Source of the DNA: Octopus vulgaris
Taxonomy: Eukaryota
Length of the DNA stretch: 64,000 bases
Direction: 5' to 3'
Assembly: GCA_951406725.2 (NCBI GenBank)
Contig: OX597816.1
Coordinates: 104,780,001 to 104,844,000 of the forward strand
Part shown: piece by piece, positions 25,774 through 40,447 of the stretch
Numbering within the stretch: position 1 is the first letter of the stretch
Layout: the number at the start of each line of letters is the position of its first letter
Made by a program: the position numbers and the translations under genes
Notes under the pieces: generated by a model
What the model saw: the letters and a program-made list of their open reading frames with translations, nothing else
Told to the model about the DNA's origin: nothing
The model's database searches: none

Positions 25774-25902
<129 letters not shown>

Positions 25903-25903
25903 C

Positions 25904-26006
25904 ATTATTCAGTAGTTTTATTTTTATAGCGTGCTTTCACTTCACTACCGAGCGCAGCTCTGTGTGCCTTGGGTATGTGCTGTGATTTGTTGTGTTGCTC
26001 TGATGG

Positions 26007-26010
<4 letters not shown>
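25904..26010 (-). mobile_element. 3' UTR of the same R4/Dong-like LINE as at 19-170
   Basis: Near-identical reverse complement of ~69-173, embedded in (TTA)n. Confidence 0.88.
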
Positions 26011-26089
<79 letters not shown>

Positions 26090-26140
26090 AAAATAAGACT
26101 ACTGAATAATAATATCAATAATAATAATAATAATAATTTA

Positions 26141-26340
26141 AGTTGATGGTAAGCTTTAGACGAGTATACCTCAGAAGAAACCAAGTAATGGTGGAGAGTA
26201 AACTCAGTGGAAAGAACAAGATCAAGGCAATGAATACATTGCCTGTCTCTCCTTAACGCGATGCAGTGTATGTGTTGCTAGGCGGACAGAAGATGAGCTT
26301 CAGAAAATGCATAGAAAAATCTGGAAAGTGATGACAATGA
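26141..26340 (+). pseudogene. R4/Dong-like RT thumb fragment
   Basis: VSFRRVYLRRNQVMVESKLSGKNKIKAMNTLPVS...RTEDELQKMHRKIWKVMTM (cf. SKLNGxNKIKAINTxAV...WxxxELxxLDRKTRKxMTM). Confidence 0.78.
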
Positions 26341-26342
26341 AG

Positions 26343-26519
26343 AACATCGAAAAATATCTTAGGAATAAGAACCCAGGTTCGAAATTTCAGCAAGACACCT
26401 GATGAAGGCTGGAGGGTATCTCAGCCGAGACGTTATGTTAACAACAACCAAGATGAGGGCAAATATCCGTCAAATGTAAATAATGTTCATAATTCCTCAT
26501 CCCTTCGATATAGAACTGT
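26343..26519 (+). mobile_element. Solo 3' half of a family H element, with mutated hammerhead (26394-26439) and full 3' tail
   Basis: Matches 52668-52805 and the reverse complement of 19305-19458; GAAAC is mutated to GAGAC. Confidence 0.85.
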
Positions 26520-28789
26520 CTAACTCTATGTTATCTAATACGTCATTTTGAGGAACATTGTAATGCTATTTCTAGCATGTAAAACGACCGTATAGAGGAT
26601 CGCTTGTTGACTCGTTGCTGTTCTGTTATTTTTAGGATACGACACATAATCTCCGAAGAATGCAAAAAGCTTTTAGGAAATTCAGCTATGAATAGAAAGT
26701 TGTTAAATCTTTTAAATCTGAGCTTTGTTTTCCTATAGATTAAGTCATACATGGTGTGTTTTGTGGTATTTTTTACATGTTTTGAATATCTTTTTCTACT
26801 TTTTCTGTTTTTAAAGAAATTTGTTTTCAAAGAATTTACTGTGACAAATCTGAAAAGATGACCGACTAAAGCATTGCAGCTGTAAAATCTGTAATATAAA
26901 TAATTAATACTGGGTGATTGTGGGAATAAAAATATCGATTTCTAGCATTGGTACAAGACAGCAAAAATAATTATTTTTGTGTCAGGTGAGTTGTCTATTA
27001 AACTGACCCCAGAAAATCTCTTTTACCTAGGAATTATGAAAGACGATTCGAAAACGTACGATCTATCCCACTTCTGTTTTTACCCCCAATTCTGTGTTTT
27101 GACCCCAATTCTGTATCTAGCCCAATTCTGTCAACCCCGTGTTTTATATTTAACTGAGCTACAAAATTAAATATCTAGGTTATTGGCCTATTTTGGAGAA
27201 GAATGACCGAAATCCCTCGACAATATTTATACAGATATATATTTATGTGTGTGTATATGCATATGTGCGTGTATCAGTGTACGTGTGTGTGGTATGTATG
27301 AATATCAATATTGTATACATGTATTTATGTCTATGCATACACACATACAACTCAGAGGTGATCATAGAATATATTCCTAATTGGTGTCTACAAGAGTTTT
27401 GATGCATTATGAAGAGAATATAATAGCTAATAGTTTGATGCATTATGAATATAATAGCTAAAAGTCTGTTGCATTATGATTGTCTAATAAGTATATAAAT
27501 AGGAAATTACTAGTAATGAATAAATAACTAGTCTCGGACTGTTCTCTCTTCACGTGATTTGAGGATGGCATAGTCCTTTTGTTTAATTTGGGAATAGGTA
27601 GGCATTAATTTCCATGTGATAGACAACGTTACTACATCATTAAGAATATTAAATGCATTTCATTAACGGATTAGAACTTACATTTACATATGACTTAGCT
27701 TCGCTTAATGTTGATTTACTAATTGAATCAAGAGAATGAACGAAAGTCAAAACAGTTAAATGTTTGTATTAATGTTTCTATTTAACACTTCCGCTTTCGA
27801 AAATTCCGCAGTATGAAACTTCAAAAAAGTCGACTATAAAAGATAAAAAAAAGAATGTCCATTACCAATAAACGTCTTCACACAATACGGCTTCAAAAGA
27901 AAATGCTATAAAACAAAGCTGTGTATCTCCACTTAATATGATATTGTATATATGATGTTTGCACAGCTTCCCGTCTTCAAAAGAGGCTTTGTGTAATTTA
28001 ATGTCATTTTGAATAGTTTAGCAGACAAAACATAATCTATTCAAAATGTTATCAGTCATATATGTTTTCTGATCAAGTGAGTCTCTATCCAACGTATTTG
28101 TTTTTTTCCAGGCGCAACGTGGCGCTTTTATGAATGTTACAAAGTGTATCAATTGTGTTTTCTCTTACCATCTGTTATCTATTCATGAATATGATTTTGA
28201 AGTATTAATACGAAAGCCCCAAAATGTACCACCTTCGGAGCACAGAATACGAAATTTTTCTGATGGTTTTTGATATATTAATAACATTGTGTTTCCCTTA
28301 CAGTTTCTATACGTCATGTACTTGCGTAAATGTATTTATACAGTGGAATGCAGTGAAACAGATTTATCAATCGTGAATTTAGTACGTGTGGAAATAAACA
28401 TATACCGTTGTTGAAATACATTTATTAGTGAACTCCTTAAAATTGTATTACCTGGCAACAAATAGATGCGATAAGTATAATGAAACAAAAGCATAATATA
28501 ATTTATAGTAATATAATTTATAGTGAGATTGTCTAGGTTCCCTTATCAATAATTATCCTCCAACAAGAGAAGATGCCTACTATAAATAATTTTTATATGC
28601 ATTTTAAGCTTTGAAGAAATGAGAGCTAATTATTCTCATGTATATTATGTCTTGATTTACCTCATACTTTCAACTCTTTATAAAGACATAGGGGAAGTAT
28701 AAAGACCCACGGCGTATCTTGGAGATAAAAATCTGGTGGAGCTCATTCTTCTTTATGCCTAATTTAATCATAACTAACTTCTTCCAGAG

Positions 28790-28936
28790 AAAAAAGCTCA
28801 ATCTCTCGCAGAACTCGTACCCCAAAGGTATGGAAGCCAAAAGGCAAAGTCTAGGATGTCCGAATTTGAACTCAAAACAAGAACGAATGCCACAAAACAT
28901 ATTATGCGACTCTCTCATAACTAGCTCCGCCGCCTT
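28790..28936 (-). mobile_element. SINE family A, degenerate
   Basis: aaaggcaaagtc...gaatttgaactca...agctccgccgcctt. Confidence 0.7.
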
Positions 28937-31900
28937 AGAATTGGATAGCAATATATATAATACGCTATGTGTATTTGTGTACATATCTACAAATTTTGTA
29001 ATACACAACCCTTTCAAGTTGTGGAAGTTGTTCCACCTTATATGATTTACATTTTAAATCATCAAACAGGGGCTCTACTTACTAACTGGAGTCGGTCTAT
29101 TTATTTTTTGTACTCGAAAGTTAACTATGCGGTCTATTTTATATCATAATGCTCAACTAATGCTTATATGTTCATAAATTCTGATTATTAAGTTAATTTT
29201 CAAATTAAATAAAATTTGCTCTTTCAAAAATTATTTCAAGGAAGCATTTTACAATACTTATATATTAAAACATAAGTACAAATCATGAAATAAATATTTG
29301 CACATTCTTCCCTGCAATGAAGTTGGCTACTATAGTTGTACACCGAATAATCCGTCACAGACTTGAATAAGAGGTTATTCTTACAAAGTAATTTGTAAAT
29401 GAATAAGTTAAATGATATTCTGAAAATACATTCAAATAAGTAATAAATGCAAATCCAGAGATAGGGAAAATGCGAAATCATTCTAGACGATAATCCAAAG
29501 AAAATAGGGGGAAATCAACCCCGAGAATATACTGTCTCAAAGTGTCTTAGCTAAATATCGCAAAAAAATTATTCTAATTACTGTAGCTTTCCTTCACTTT
29601 AACATCCTGAAATAAATAGCAATAATGATATATTGTTCAGTAAAAAGCCACATTATGAAGGGAATTAATAATAAATGTAATATTTACACCTTCTTTATTT
29701 TTCAGTAAAGTTATTGGTTGGTTTCGAATGGGACTTTAAACCGGCTAGCAGTATCAAATGCTGTTTATTTAAAAAAGAGAGAGAGAAAGAAATAATTGGG
29801 CAGAATTTATAGAATGAATCTCGTATACAAGTAATGTCAATAAGTTTCTCAAAGGAAATCCTTTTCGATCAACCTCTGTTGTATCCACCCAAAATAACGT
29901 CAATATAAAATCCATATAAGAAGTTCAAGTACAATACTCAGTTACTGTTTATTTTTCATCACTCTAAAGAGCATATGGAACGTTGTTACATATTTAAGAA
30001 CCAAGAAATATAATATCCTTGTTTGGGAGTGGATAACTCAGATGCTTTTATGAGTAATAATTGTATCATTTGTCTGAAAACAGTCAATAAACTTAAAATA
30101 ACATATTTATGTAAAAGATACTTCAGCACAATATACTACTAAAATCTTGACTTTTATCAAATTGATGATTTGTAAGATATCAATTGCTGAACCTTTTCAA
30201 GAAAACTTATCAGAAGAAAAGGTTAGGCTAACATTTACACCATAATCACCGGATTTCTTCTCAATTCGCTAACAAAGACTACTCGACTGTAAAATCAATG
30301 TTTACGACATAAAATTGACCTTACCGTGAACATAATGGAGTTTGATAGCGTGAAAGAAGAGTTTTGTCAGAACTGAAGTTTTAGGTATTACCCAGTAGAT
30401 TAAAATAGAAACTGAATAGCTATTACATTGAAGCTGTCATGTTTTCGTAAAAAAAAAGTTTGAAGTACAGTGTATATTTGGCAAAATATAAAGTACATTT
30501 TAATTCATACCAATTGAGAATTTGGAATGTATATTTATTCGTTCATAACATCGAAGTTCAACGATACGGTCTTTTACTGTATATATGGTCAATAAATACA
30601 TAGATATGTGTTCGTGTTGCTGTTCTTCTACTTATTCCTGATAGCGTTCGTGGCAGAGGTAGTGATGGTCAACCTTGATTAAGGAAACTTAAGATCAAAT
30701 ATTTAAACCGTGATCATTTGCTTTACTTTTTTTAAGGAGTGATTGCGCAGGTGTTCCCTCCTTAGCTAATCATGCTGCTGTTTTATTTTTAGTAGAGCCT
30801 GGGATATATCAGGTGTTACAAGCTTAAAATACATCTACAGATACAATACTTCAACACTGTCAATGGTCTATCCCAGAGTTACTGTGTTTCAGATCATAAA
30901 ACGTAACGTACATCTATATTCAGACAACCTAATCTACGTCCCTCACGCCTAGAATCGCGTCCACGTTTCATTCTACTTACTTCCACCACAGATCACCCCT
31001 TTCCAAACCATAACACATTTTTACCAAATTAAAATCCTTTTAATTAATACTATAACCAATGGAACTGGAATGCGTTTTCTTATTTGAAGGCCATCTTTTT
31101 TATCCAGGTATTTTTTGTATCTTTGTTGGGTGTTTATTTTTCTTTGACTTGCATACGCAGCTCAATTTTCAGAAGCGTTGGAATCTGCGTGTTTTATCTT
31201 CATTTGATATCCTTCTCTATAGCTGACTGTTGTCTCTTCAGTAATTCTATTCAAATACTGACTTTCCCAATTTTATTCTGTGTTTGCTTTTCTCTCATAC
31301 TTCACCGAACACTGTTAATGTTGATTATCTGTTAAACTACTTCAAAATAGTAAATTCTCATATCAACAAACACAAATTCGTACGCAACGGGTGTAGTCAA
31401 TATAATGAATCTCATTAATCGAATACTACTCATTTTATCTAGCCCAAGAGCAGGTGTGAAGAAAGCCAAAATCGACCCTGTTGTAATTTAAAGCGAGCAC
31501 GTAAATGGTCAACGCCTTTGCAATCCATTGTCCTCTTTATAACTGGTCTACCGATGCTGCTGTTCATTATCCCTTTGATCATAATAAAAAATGGTTCTCA
31601 CATAAACAAAAAGCCTGAAATTTCAGGAACTGTGAAACGTATCGAAAACCAATATCATACAAATATTTATTTTAGCGACTCCAAAACGATGGAAGCCTAC
31701 ATTTACCTGGGGAGTGCTGTCATCCACCACTTTAAGCAAGGATTTGAACATAAACACAGTGCACTGGGGAAAAGAAGAGGCAGTTAAATATAACACAGTA
31801 ATTAACCGTTAACTATTTTAACAACCCCGGTAAGTATTTAAAGTTAGTCTATGGTTCATCTGACTACACCAAATATCTAGAGAATGCACGCACTTCTCTC

Positions 31901-33298
31901 TGGTGTGCTTTCATCAAATATAGTATCCAGTACATCAAATATTGTATCCATAGATTCGATATGTTTACCTAGATACGGACGCTGCTTATTCTCCAGCTCT
32001 TTTCCTTTTGTTGAATCCTGTTTGCGATAGAACAAAGTATCTATACGATACACTAAAATAGTATCAGTAGCGCCCCATTAATAAATTAAGACTAACAGAA
32101 ACTGATCCAAGTTTAACGGCTAAATTAAGCGTGTAAAGTCTACGAAATTTAAACGTTAAGCTGTTATATTTATGCCTCCCCACCCCAAAGAGTATCGCAA
32201 TGAAAGAGAGATAAAATTTTTCCAAACCAAGGATAGAAACCGGAACGTGAGCACACTTAAGTAAACTACTCCCTACAGTGTATGAATGTACCTAACAAAC
32301 GTAAAGCAAATTTTGTAACCTGTTTCTCTTAGACCGATTATATTTTTATCAGATGTACTTTTCGTGGCAAGCATTTATCTGTCAATCACAAAAAGCAGGA
32401 AACTTTGAAGAACATCAATGCCTTATGATTACTTCAGTAACATTTTCTTTTTTTACAGTTTCGTTCATGCAAAACAGTTTACCCTCATCATTTCATTTAC
32501 GTAACAAAAGTAAAACTACCTATTTCCGAATAATTCATCGTATTTTAACTAATAGTCAAGGAAAAACTGAAATTACCGATCCTTCATTCAATAAAACTGT
32601 TTCACGGCTGGAAATGTAATTCTTGCCGAGAAAGATATGATGGGAGTTAGGCGGCGAAGGATAGAAGATAAGAAATAGGAAAATCTTTTGTAGCGACACT
32701 AGATATAAACTCTAGTCATTTAAACGGTCGATATCAAAGCACATTCAAATATGACAATAGGATAGTCTAAGTGCAGTATTTACTTAAGCTGAATAAAGAT
32801 ATAAAAACAGAGCCAATTATAATCGCAACACCAAGAACGATATTAAAATTTCAACTACAGGAGTGCCAATCAAGATGTACATCACTTTGATCAATATATT
32901 GAGTATAGCTTTATAATAAATCTATTACATACATACACGTACATACATTTATATATATGTGTGTGTGCACATATATACATGCATATATATACATGTATAT
33001 ACATACATATATAGATATATATATATATAGAGAGAAACAGAGACAGTAAGAGAGAGATGGTGAGAGAGAGATTTATATACATTCATTTATGAGTGTGGAT
33101 ATGTGTGCAATCTTTTATTAACTGTGATTGCAACGCGAGTTCTTCAAAGGTACTTGTTATACAAAAGTACATCAACTCACATACGTGCATATATATGCAT
33201 ATACATATGTGTGTGTATATATATATATATATATATACATACGTGTGTGTGTGTGTATGTGTGTGTATGTATGTGTGTGTATATATATATATATATAT

Positions 33299-33341
<43 letters not shown>

Positions 33342-34039
33342 TATATACTACACATATATACATATATATTTATACGCATGCACACACAGATACATACATG
33401 CACGTACTCATACATGTGAACGTATTTTTATGTATGTGTGTGCGTGCGTGTGCGCGTGTATGCAAATACGGTAAACGTGTCGGATTAATCTGAAAGTAAC
33501 ATACAAACCTAACATCACACAATATAATGAGACATGAAAGGAGTGTCAATCTTTCCTAATGATAACACAGAAAACGACCGATTTCCATAAATATAAATGT
33601 GTTTGTATAGACAATACAATTTTTTTCTCACTATGTTTATTACAAAAAATTGAATGCCATAGAGGGAAAAAAACATGGCTAAATTTATCATCATGAGTGT
33701 CAGGTCAATTCAATTAACAGAAAAATAACAAAAAATTGACATATAACAACATTATTTTCTGGTAGCAAGTTTCTTGTTCACCGGCACATTTAGAGGAGAA
33801 TATTCTCGTAAATGAATAGCTGAAATGTCAGCTAGTAGGCACCGTGATGTGTTTCTAACAAAATATTGCAAATGTTAGTGTTATAAATACGATGATTCTT
33901 ATCTCTGAAAGTGTTTTGTTGATTTGCGATGAAGAATCTGCGACTAAAGCTTGATGCCAGGGTCTTTTTGACAAGGTGACCATAGTTTAGGTAAATGTCA
34001 AAAATTTAGTCAAATAATATTAATATTAACGATTGTGTA

Positions 34040-34235
34040 TAAGGAGGTAGAATTGTTAGTATGCCGGGCAAAATGCTTAGCGGAATTTCATCCATTGTAC
34101 GTTGTGAGTTGAAATTCCGAGAATGCCGACTTTGCCTTTCATCCTTTAGGGTTCGATAAAATAAGTACCAGTTGAGCACTGGTCGAGTTACTCCCTCCCC
34201 AGAAATTGCTGGCCTTGTGACACAATTTTAAAATA
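34040..34235 (+). mobile_element. SINE family A
   Basis: Head, gactttgcctttcatcctttagggttcgataaaataagtaccag core and gctggccttgtg tail. Confidence 0.85.
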
Positions 34236-35793
34236 TTACCTTTTGACTATCTTGCATAATCTACAAATTGCTATATGGCTTTATCAAGGCACAGCAATGT
34301 CTTTTAAATTTGCTGTCTTTGGCAGAGGTGAGAAGGAAATTGTGTATGAAGGTATGGAATTATCCTGAGCGGAAATCTCATCCTCGAACATCTGATCTAA
34401 AAGCTTACAACATAATGCACACCATTAAAAGCACACAGATGCCTTTACTTATATGCTAGGTCGCAGTGTTTAGCTGGTCGGCAGAATAGATCGACGACCA
34501 AAAATACTTTACAATCCAACGGTCTTCTACACCGTTTCTGTCTAACTCAGTTTCACGTAGATGTTAGGATTTCATCTCAGGATGTTTCAGAAGATATGAA
34601 TCTTTACTCACGTAATCGAAAATTAAATGTCCTAAGCTAACGCTCATGGCTATGCCCAAAGTTTAAAAACCATTTCACATTTGTCAAACATGTAGTTTTC
34701 AGCTTTAACGTTGATCTTATTTAATCCAAATCTTGTCAAGCAGATACGTGATCGATTAGAGTAGAGGCTACTACCGCTTGAAACATCAGGGTGTAACTGG
34801 AGAGCCTTTTGGTTGCTATATTTACCAGAACGAGTGGTCATGTAAAGGCTTCTCATTGTCTTGCGGTTACAACTTGCTCTTGTTTAATTCTGGGCATAAA
34901 AAATATAACACAAACCAGAAATTTGAAAACCTAGTGTATTTTTATAAGTCAAGTTACAATAATTGCTAACATGTGTACGTGACATATCTGTCAGCAATTC
35001 TTGTTTTACATTCATCTTCGGCCCAAATAAAATAACCTGAGAACCAAGACCAATTTTTCATCACAGATTAAACGAATGACCTTCATTTCTCTAACCTGAT
35101 TTCTGTCTTTCTTTCACTCTTCATGTTTGTTTACTTGCCTATTTTTCTGCTTTATATTTCGCAACTGCGTAATTTGTAAAAATGTGTTCGTACGTACGTA
35201 TATTAGTTACCTTCATACGTATATTAGTTACACATTTATTATTATCATTTACTATTTACTACCATAACAAACATATATTCACACACATGTACAGTTATAT
35301 GAGATATCTCTTAACTCCAGCTGGAAAGCCACACCTCTTTTTCCTATTTCTGCTTTAGTTTGTGGATATCTGATAATCTTGCTTTTTCATTTTCCTTTAA
35401 AATTATATATTACGTATACTTTCCTTTAAAGTGATATATTAAGTGCTGTGTGTTTGATTTTGATTGTATTATGTGTTGAATGTTTGATTTTGAAATTTCA
35501 CTGTCGTAATATACTTCAAAGTTTTCTCAAATAATTGTAGCTCAATATCACATGAATTAATAACTAGACATAACCTTGTAATTTTCGGTCACATTTTAAC
35601 ATATACTCGTTTTACACGCTTCATTTCTATCTATCGGTAAATTCTTTTAAACGGATTACGCCTTCTCGAAACACCAAAGTGTAAAATACACGTTTCTAGC
35701 AAAGGAGCTGTATATGTGTGATTCCATATATATGTGTGTGAGTGATTACACATGTATATACACACACAAACACACACACACACACACACTCAG

Positions 35794-36565
35794 AGGAGGG
35801 GTGTACATTAAAGATTCCCTCTGACTCACTTTCGAAGGACTGGGATAAACGAAACTTGGCATAATTATTAGTCCTTCTCTACGTAGCCACCACCAATGGT
35901 GACACACTTCTTCCATCGCTTTATGTAGCTGCGAAGATCTCGTCTTTAGAAGTCGTTAGGTTGCGTCTGGAGCCAAGACTTTACCTCGGAAATAAGTTCA
36001 TCATCATCCGAAAAGTGCTTCCCTTTCAAAAAAGGCTTCATGTTTGGAAAGAGGTGGAAGTCAGATGGTGCAGAATCGGAAAAGTAATGGGGATGAGGAA
36101 GGATTTCATAGCTACAGGAGTGTCCTTTCATCTGGGCAACATGCGCATTATGAACTTGGGCGTTGTATTGGAGGAGGCGGACTCCTTTTGCTCAGAATAC
36201 CATGCGTCTCTGCTTTGATGGCATCCTGCAATTACTGCATCAGAAATGCATAATATTCCCCATTAATTGTGGCGCCCTTACCAGAAAATCCATCATCACT
36301 TCTTCGCGCTGATCCTAAAAAATTATGAGCATCACCATGCCTGCTGAGTATTGGACACGAGCCTTCTTTGGAGTTATCATGCTTCCATTGCTTTGGCTGG
36401 ACTTTAGTCTCAGAATCATAGTGATGGACCTTTGTTTCATCTTGTGTGATAACTCTGCCGAAAAAGTCCTACTCGTTTTCTTGGTGCATTGCCAACAGAG
36501 CCTGGGGCAATTGACTCGTGGCCACTTCTGAAAAGGTGTGAGCATCCGGAGAATCCATCATGCTG
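35794..36565 (-). pseudogene. Mariner (DD34D-type) transposase relic with 3' TIR remnant
   Basis: WILRMLTPFQK (WVP motif), TQDETKVHHYD, LLQYNAQVH, LPHPHYFSDSAPSDFHLFPNMKPFLKGKHFSDDDELISEVKSWL and RWKKCVTIGGGYVEKD*; several frameshifts. Confidence 0.92.
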
Positions 36566-37666
36566 GTAACTTCTGTATGTGCGAATGGTGAGATAACAAC
36601 TTAGGTATTCTTTCAAATTACCTTCCGTAATCTGTAGTATATACTTCGAATTCATGCCCAAGCACGTGTATTCTCATCCAAATTGGAGACGAGTACCAAC
36701 ACTTCCTTGTTTCACGCGTGAATACTCATGAAAATCTCTTCACATGAAACAATTGGCTGCCTTGTTAACCAACGAATGGAGTATGTATATATATATATGA
36801 GACCGACGAGCTTCATTCCTGCGACGAACCTATGAAGCTTTAAGGAGACGAATCAAGCCATATAAATATCCGTTTTGTTTAGGTCAATGGACGTTAATTT
36901 ATTCCTAGATGCCAATTCTCTGCATGAAACTCACTATAATTTATTTTATCTTAATCTGCACACACTCACGCTTAGACTATCACACGTACGAAGTAAAAGT
37001 TGGGAACAGAAAATGTGTACTTCTGTGTGATTGAGTGTGTGTTTATAAATGTGAGCGTGTCTGCGTCTGCTTTTGTATGTGTGCATATGGACATGCATAT
37101 ATATATACCTATGTGTGAGGCGATAAAAAAATAGAAGGTGGAAATTCAGGAAGAGGAGGATGAGAAAGAAAGAAATTATAAAAATGCAGAAGACAGCAGA
37201 CTCACACAAACATAAACGCGAATATACACAACATTATATATAAACAGAGAAACACGAGCACACACTCTCACCTGTGTGTGTGTGTGTGTGTATTTATGTG
37301 TCTCTGCGTATGTGTGTGTGTGCGTGCGTGCGTGTGTGCGTCCGTATGTTTGTGTGTATGCATATGTATAGTAATTAATATAAGTCAAGAATATGCAAAC
37401 GGTAGTGGATGCATATAAACATTAAATAAATCCGGCCAGCTTGTCATATATATATGTGTGTGTGAGTGTGATAAATAATGTAGCGTCGCTTATGTTACTA
37501 ACAAAGATTACGAAACAGATGTCAACTAATTTAATAAACATCTATTCTCTCACATCACTTCTCTCATCTGGTTAACTTATATCTATCTATCTGTGTGTAT
37601 GCCTGTCTGTGTGAGTATGTATGTAAATGTATGTATGTATATGTATATATGTGTATATATATAGGC

Positions 37667-37737
<71 letters not shown>

Positions 37738-37740
37738 TAT

Positions 37741-37787
<47 letters not shown>

Positions 37788-38188
37788 GACGCAAGCATGG
37801 CTGTGTGATAAAAAGCTTGTCTCCTAGCCACATGGTTCCGAGTTTAGTCCCACTGCGTGGCGCCTTGGACAAGTGCCTTATACTATAGCCTCGAGTCGAA
37901 TAAAGCCTTGTGTGGGGGTTTGGTAGACGGAAACACAAAAACAAAACCTACATGTGTGTTCGTGTGCGTTTGAATGTCTGTATCTTTCTGCCTGTATTTT
38001 ATTCCCTATTACCGCTTGACAACCGGTGATGACGGGTTTACTTCCCCGTAAATTAGCGACTCGGAAAACAAGAACTGATAGAATAAGCACCATGCTTTAA
38101 AAAAAAACAAGTTCTGAGGTCGATTCATTCAAGTAAATATTTTTCGATGTGATGCTGCAGCTTGGCCGCAGTCAAATGACTATAAAGA
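37788..38188 (+). mobile_element. tRNA-derived SINE, family C
   Basis: gcatggctgtgtgataa head; gtcccactgcgtggcgccttggacaagtg, aaagccttgtg...tttggtagacggaaac and gatagaataagcacca; same family as 53908-54545. Confidence 0.85.
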
Positions 38189-39354
38189 GACATGATACAT
38201 CAAATTCATAAGAACCAAGTACATGCATATATATATGTATGCGTGTGAAATATATAATTTACTACACACATTTTCCTGAGCAGGACTTTTTTATGTAATT
38301 AATTACCTGTAGTGTGTGGCGATTTGCACATCTTAATATAGCCATCATATTTGTAAACAGATTTTCTTTTGTATATAACTTTTCAGGAATTAGAGGTTTT
38401 TTGTATATCACTAATTTCACATTTTAAAAAGTCACCTATTTTTTTTTTTTTTTGTAAATATCCTAATAATTTTCCTCGTTTTGCGGTCCAAATATCTAGG
38501 AATTACTTAATTTTTTAGATTTCTTTTTACCAAAACAGGTATTTTCCTACTTTTTAACGCTTGTATATTATCTAAGTTTCACACCCCTTGTAAAATTTTC
38601 ATGCCAGACAAAATATTTTTAAATTCAATAATATTTCTGTTCTACATAACTGAAATTGCGTTCAGTAACAATTGGTAAATAACCTATAATTTATCATATT
38701 TAACACAGCTTGTAAGTTTTATTTGCTGCGTTTTACTATTCATAAAAACTACTTAAAGTCACTATATAGAAAAAATCTCACCTTAAGTTTTTAACGGTGC
38801 GAACGTTGAAATGTCATTAACGTAAACTAGAAATCTTATCTCTTCAGCAGCACAGTCGGTACATCTCTCCAAATATCTTACCGAAATAGTCATATGCTAT
38901 TTAATTCTATTAATAAAATAATTTTAAATTCAACCGTAAGATTTGATCGTATCTTATCTTCCTCGCTTTTCTCATATTCTAAATTGTTTTAATATATTAT
39001 AATTTATTGTTTTATAAGCATACCTAAAAACAACTTCTTATTTTAGCAGCGGCCTCTAGCCGATTAAATAGCTAAACCTTGCCTCATTGTTTATACCGTT
39101 TACAAATATTTTTGCTGTAGAGTAAAAACTATAATCCATTAAGTGCACATTGTATAGTGAGAATCTATACCATATAGTACTTAGTAGTTTTTTCATTACA
39201 TTTTGACAGATATGAACGTGAATACCTGAATGCTGTTGTTTTCCGACATCAGAGAACACCTTCTCTCTTTACACAGCATGTGATCATAACACATGCAATT
39301 CACCATCTGACAGAAAACAACTCTTTTTTTTCTTTTTTTCTGTGCTTGTTTGCA

Positions 39355-39402
<48 letters not shown>

Positions 39403-40308
39403 GTGATAGACGAATGATGACATGGGATCGAATCAGCTGGAAGCGCACAGTAAGTTACAACTTTCGTCTGTCTTCTATGCCTCAAACCATACAAATTTGC
39501 AATGGGATTGAATAGTCATCTGAGAGGTCGTGGATGGAAGGTCAAAAATGTAATTGACAATAAGGAAGCACGAGAAGATGGTATTTATCTGTGAAAATGG
39601 AGCAAGCCCATGTATGTATATATGCACTCTGCATGCTTGCATGTATGCATGCTTGTATGTATATATGTATGTACGTTTGTATGTATATATGCATGCATGC
39701 ATGTATGTATATGAGTATGTATTATGCTTGTATGTACGTTTGTATGTATATATATGCACGTATGTATGCATGTATGTATGCATGTATGTATGCATATATG
39801 CATGTATATATGTATGTATGCATGTATGCATGCATATATGTGTTGGCGTATCTGTATGTTTATACCTTTCAGTGATACACAGGGGTGAAAAGGGTAAACG
39901 TTGATGAGAAATATCGATAAAACCTCTGCTTTCAAACGAAGAGTTCTTGTGAAATGTTTCTACCTGAACTTCGTAGACAAGTTACTTTTTCATACACTCG
40001 TTTGAAAAAGTAAATATACTGGATCTATGATTAGCCCATTGCAAATTTGTATATTGATCCAGGAATAATTTGCATACAATTTAGTAATTTCAAAGGATAG
40101 CAGTATCGTACTTTCCTTTAATTTGCCGAGCATAAGCAAATAATTTCCATAACTACTTTGAGGTCTAATCAAACGGCTATAAAACATTCTTTTAAAAAAG
40201 GCACCTGGTTCATTAGACATCTCTTTCCTTAAAAGTTTTCCAGAGTATATAAAGATATACAGAAATATGATTAAGTATGCATAACAGTTATTAGTCAATT
40301 GTTTATTA

Positions 40309-40342
<34 letters not shown>

Positions 40343-40415
40343 AAAGTGAAAGAGCGCGAGAGAGAATCATATATATCATACTTGTGTTGGCTTAACAATA
40401 CAATTCTCTCACCCG

Positions 40416-40447
<32 letters not shown>

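Noticed and set aside
35794-36565. SETMAR-like host gene or active transposase (also 60415-61420)
   Set aside because: Multiple stops and frameshifts, and no SET domain; dead mariner copies.
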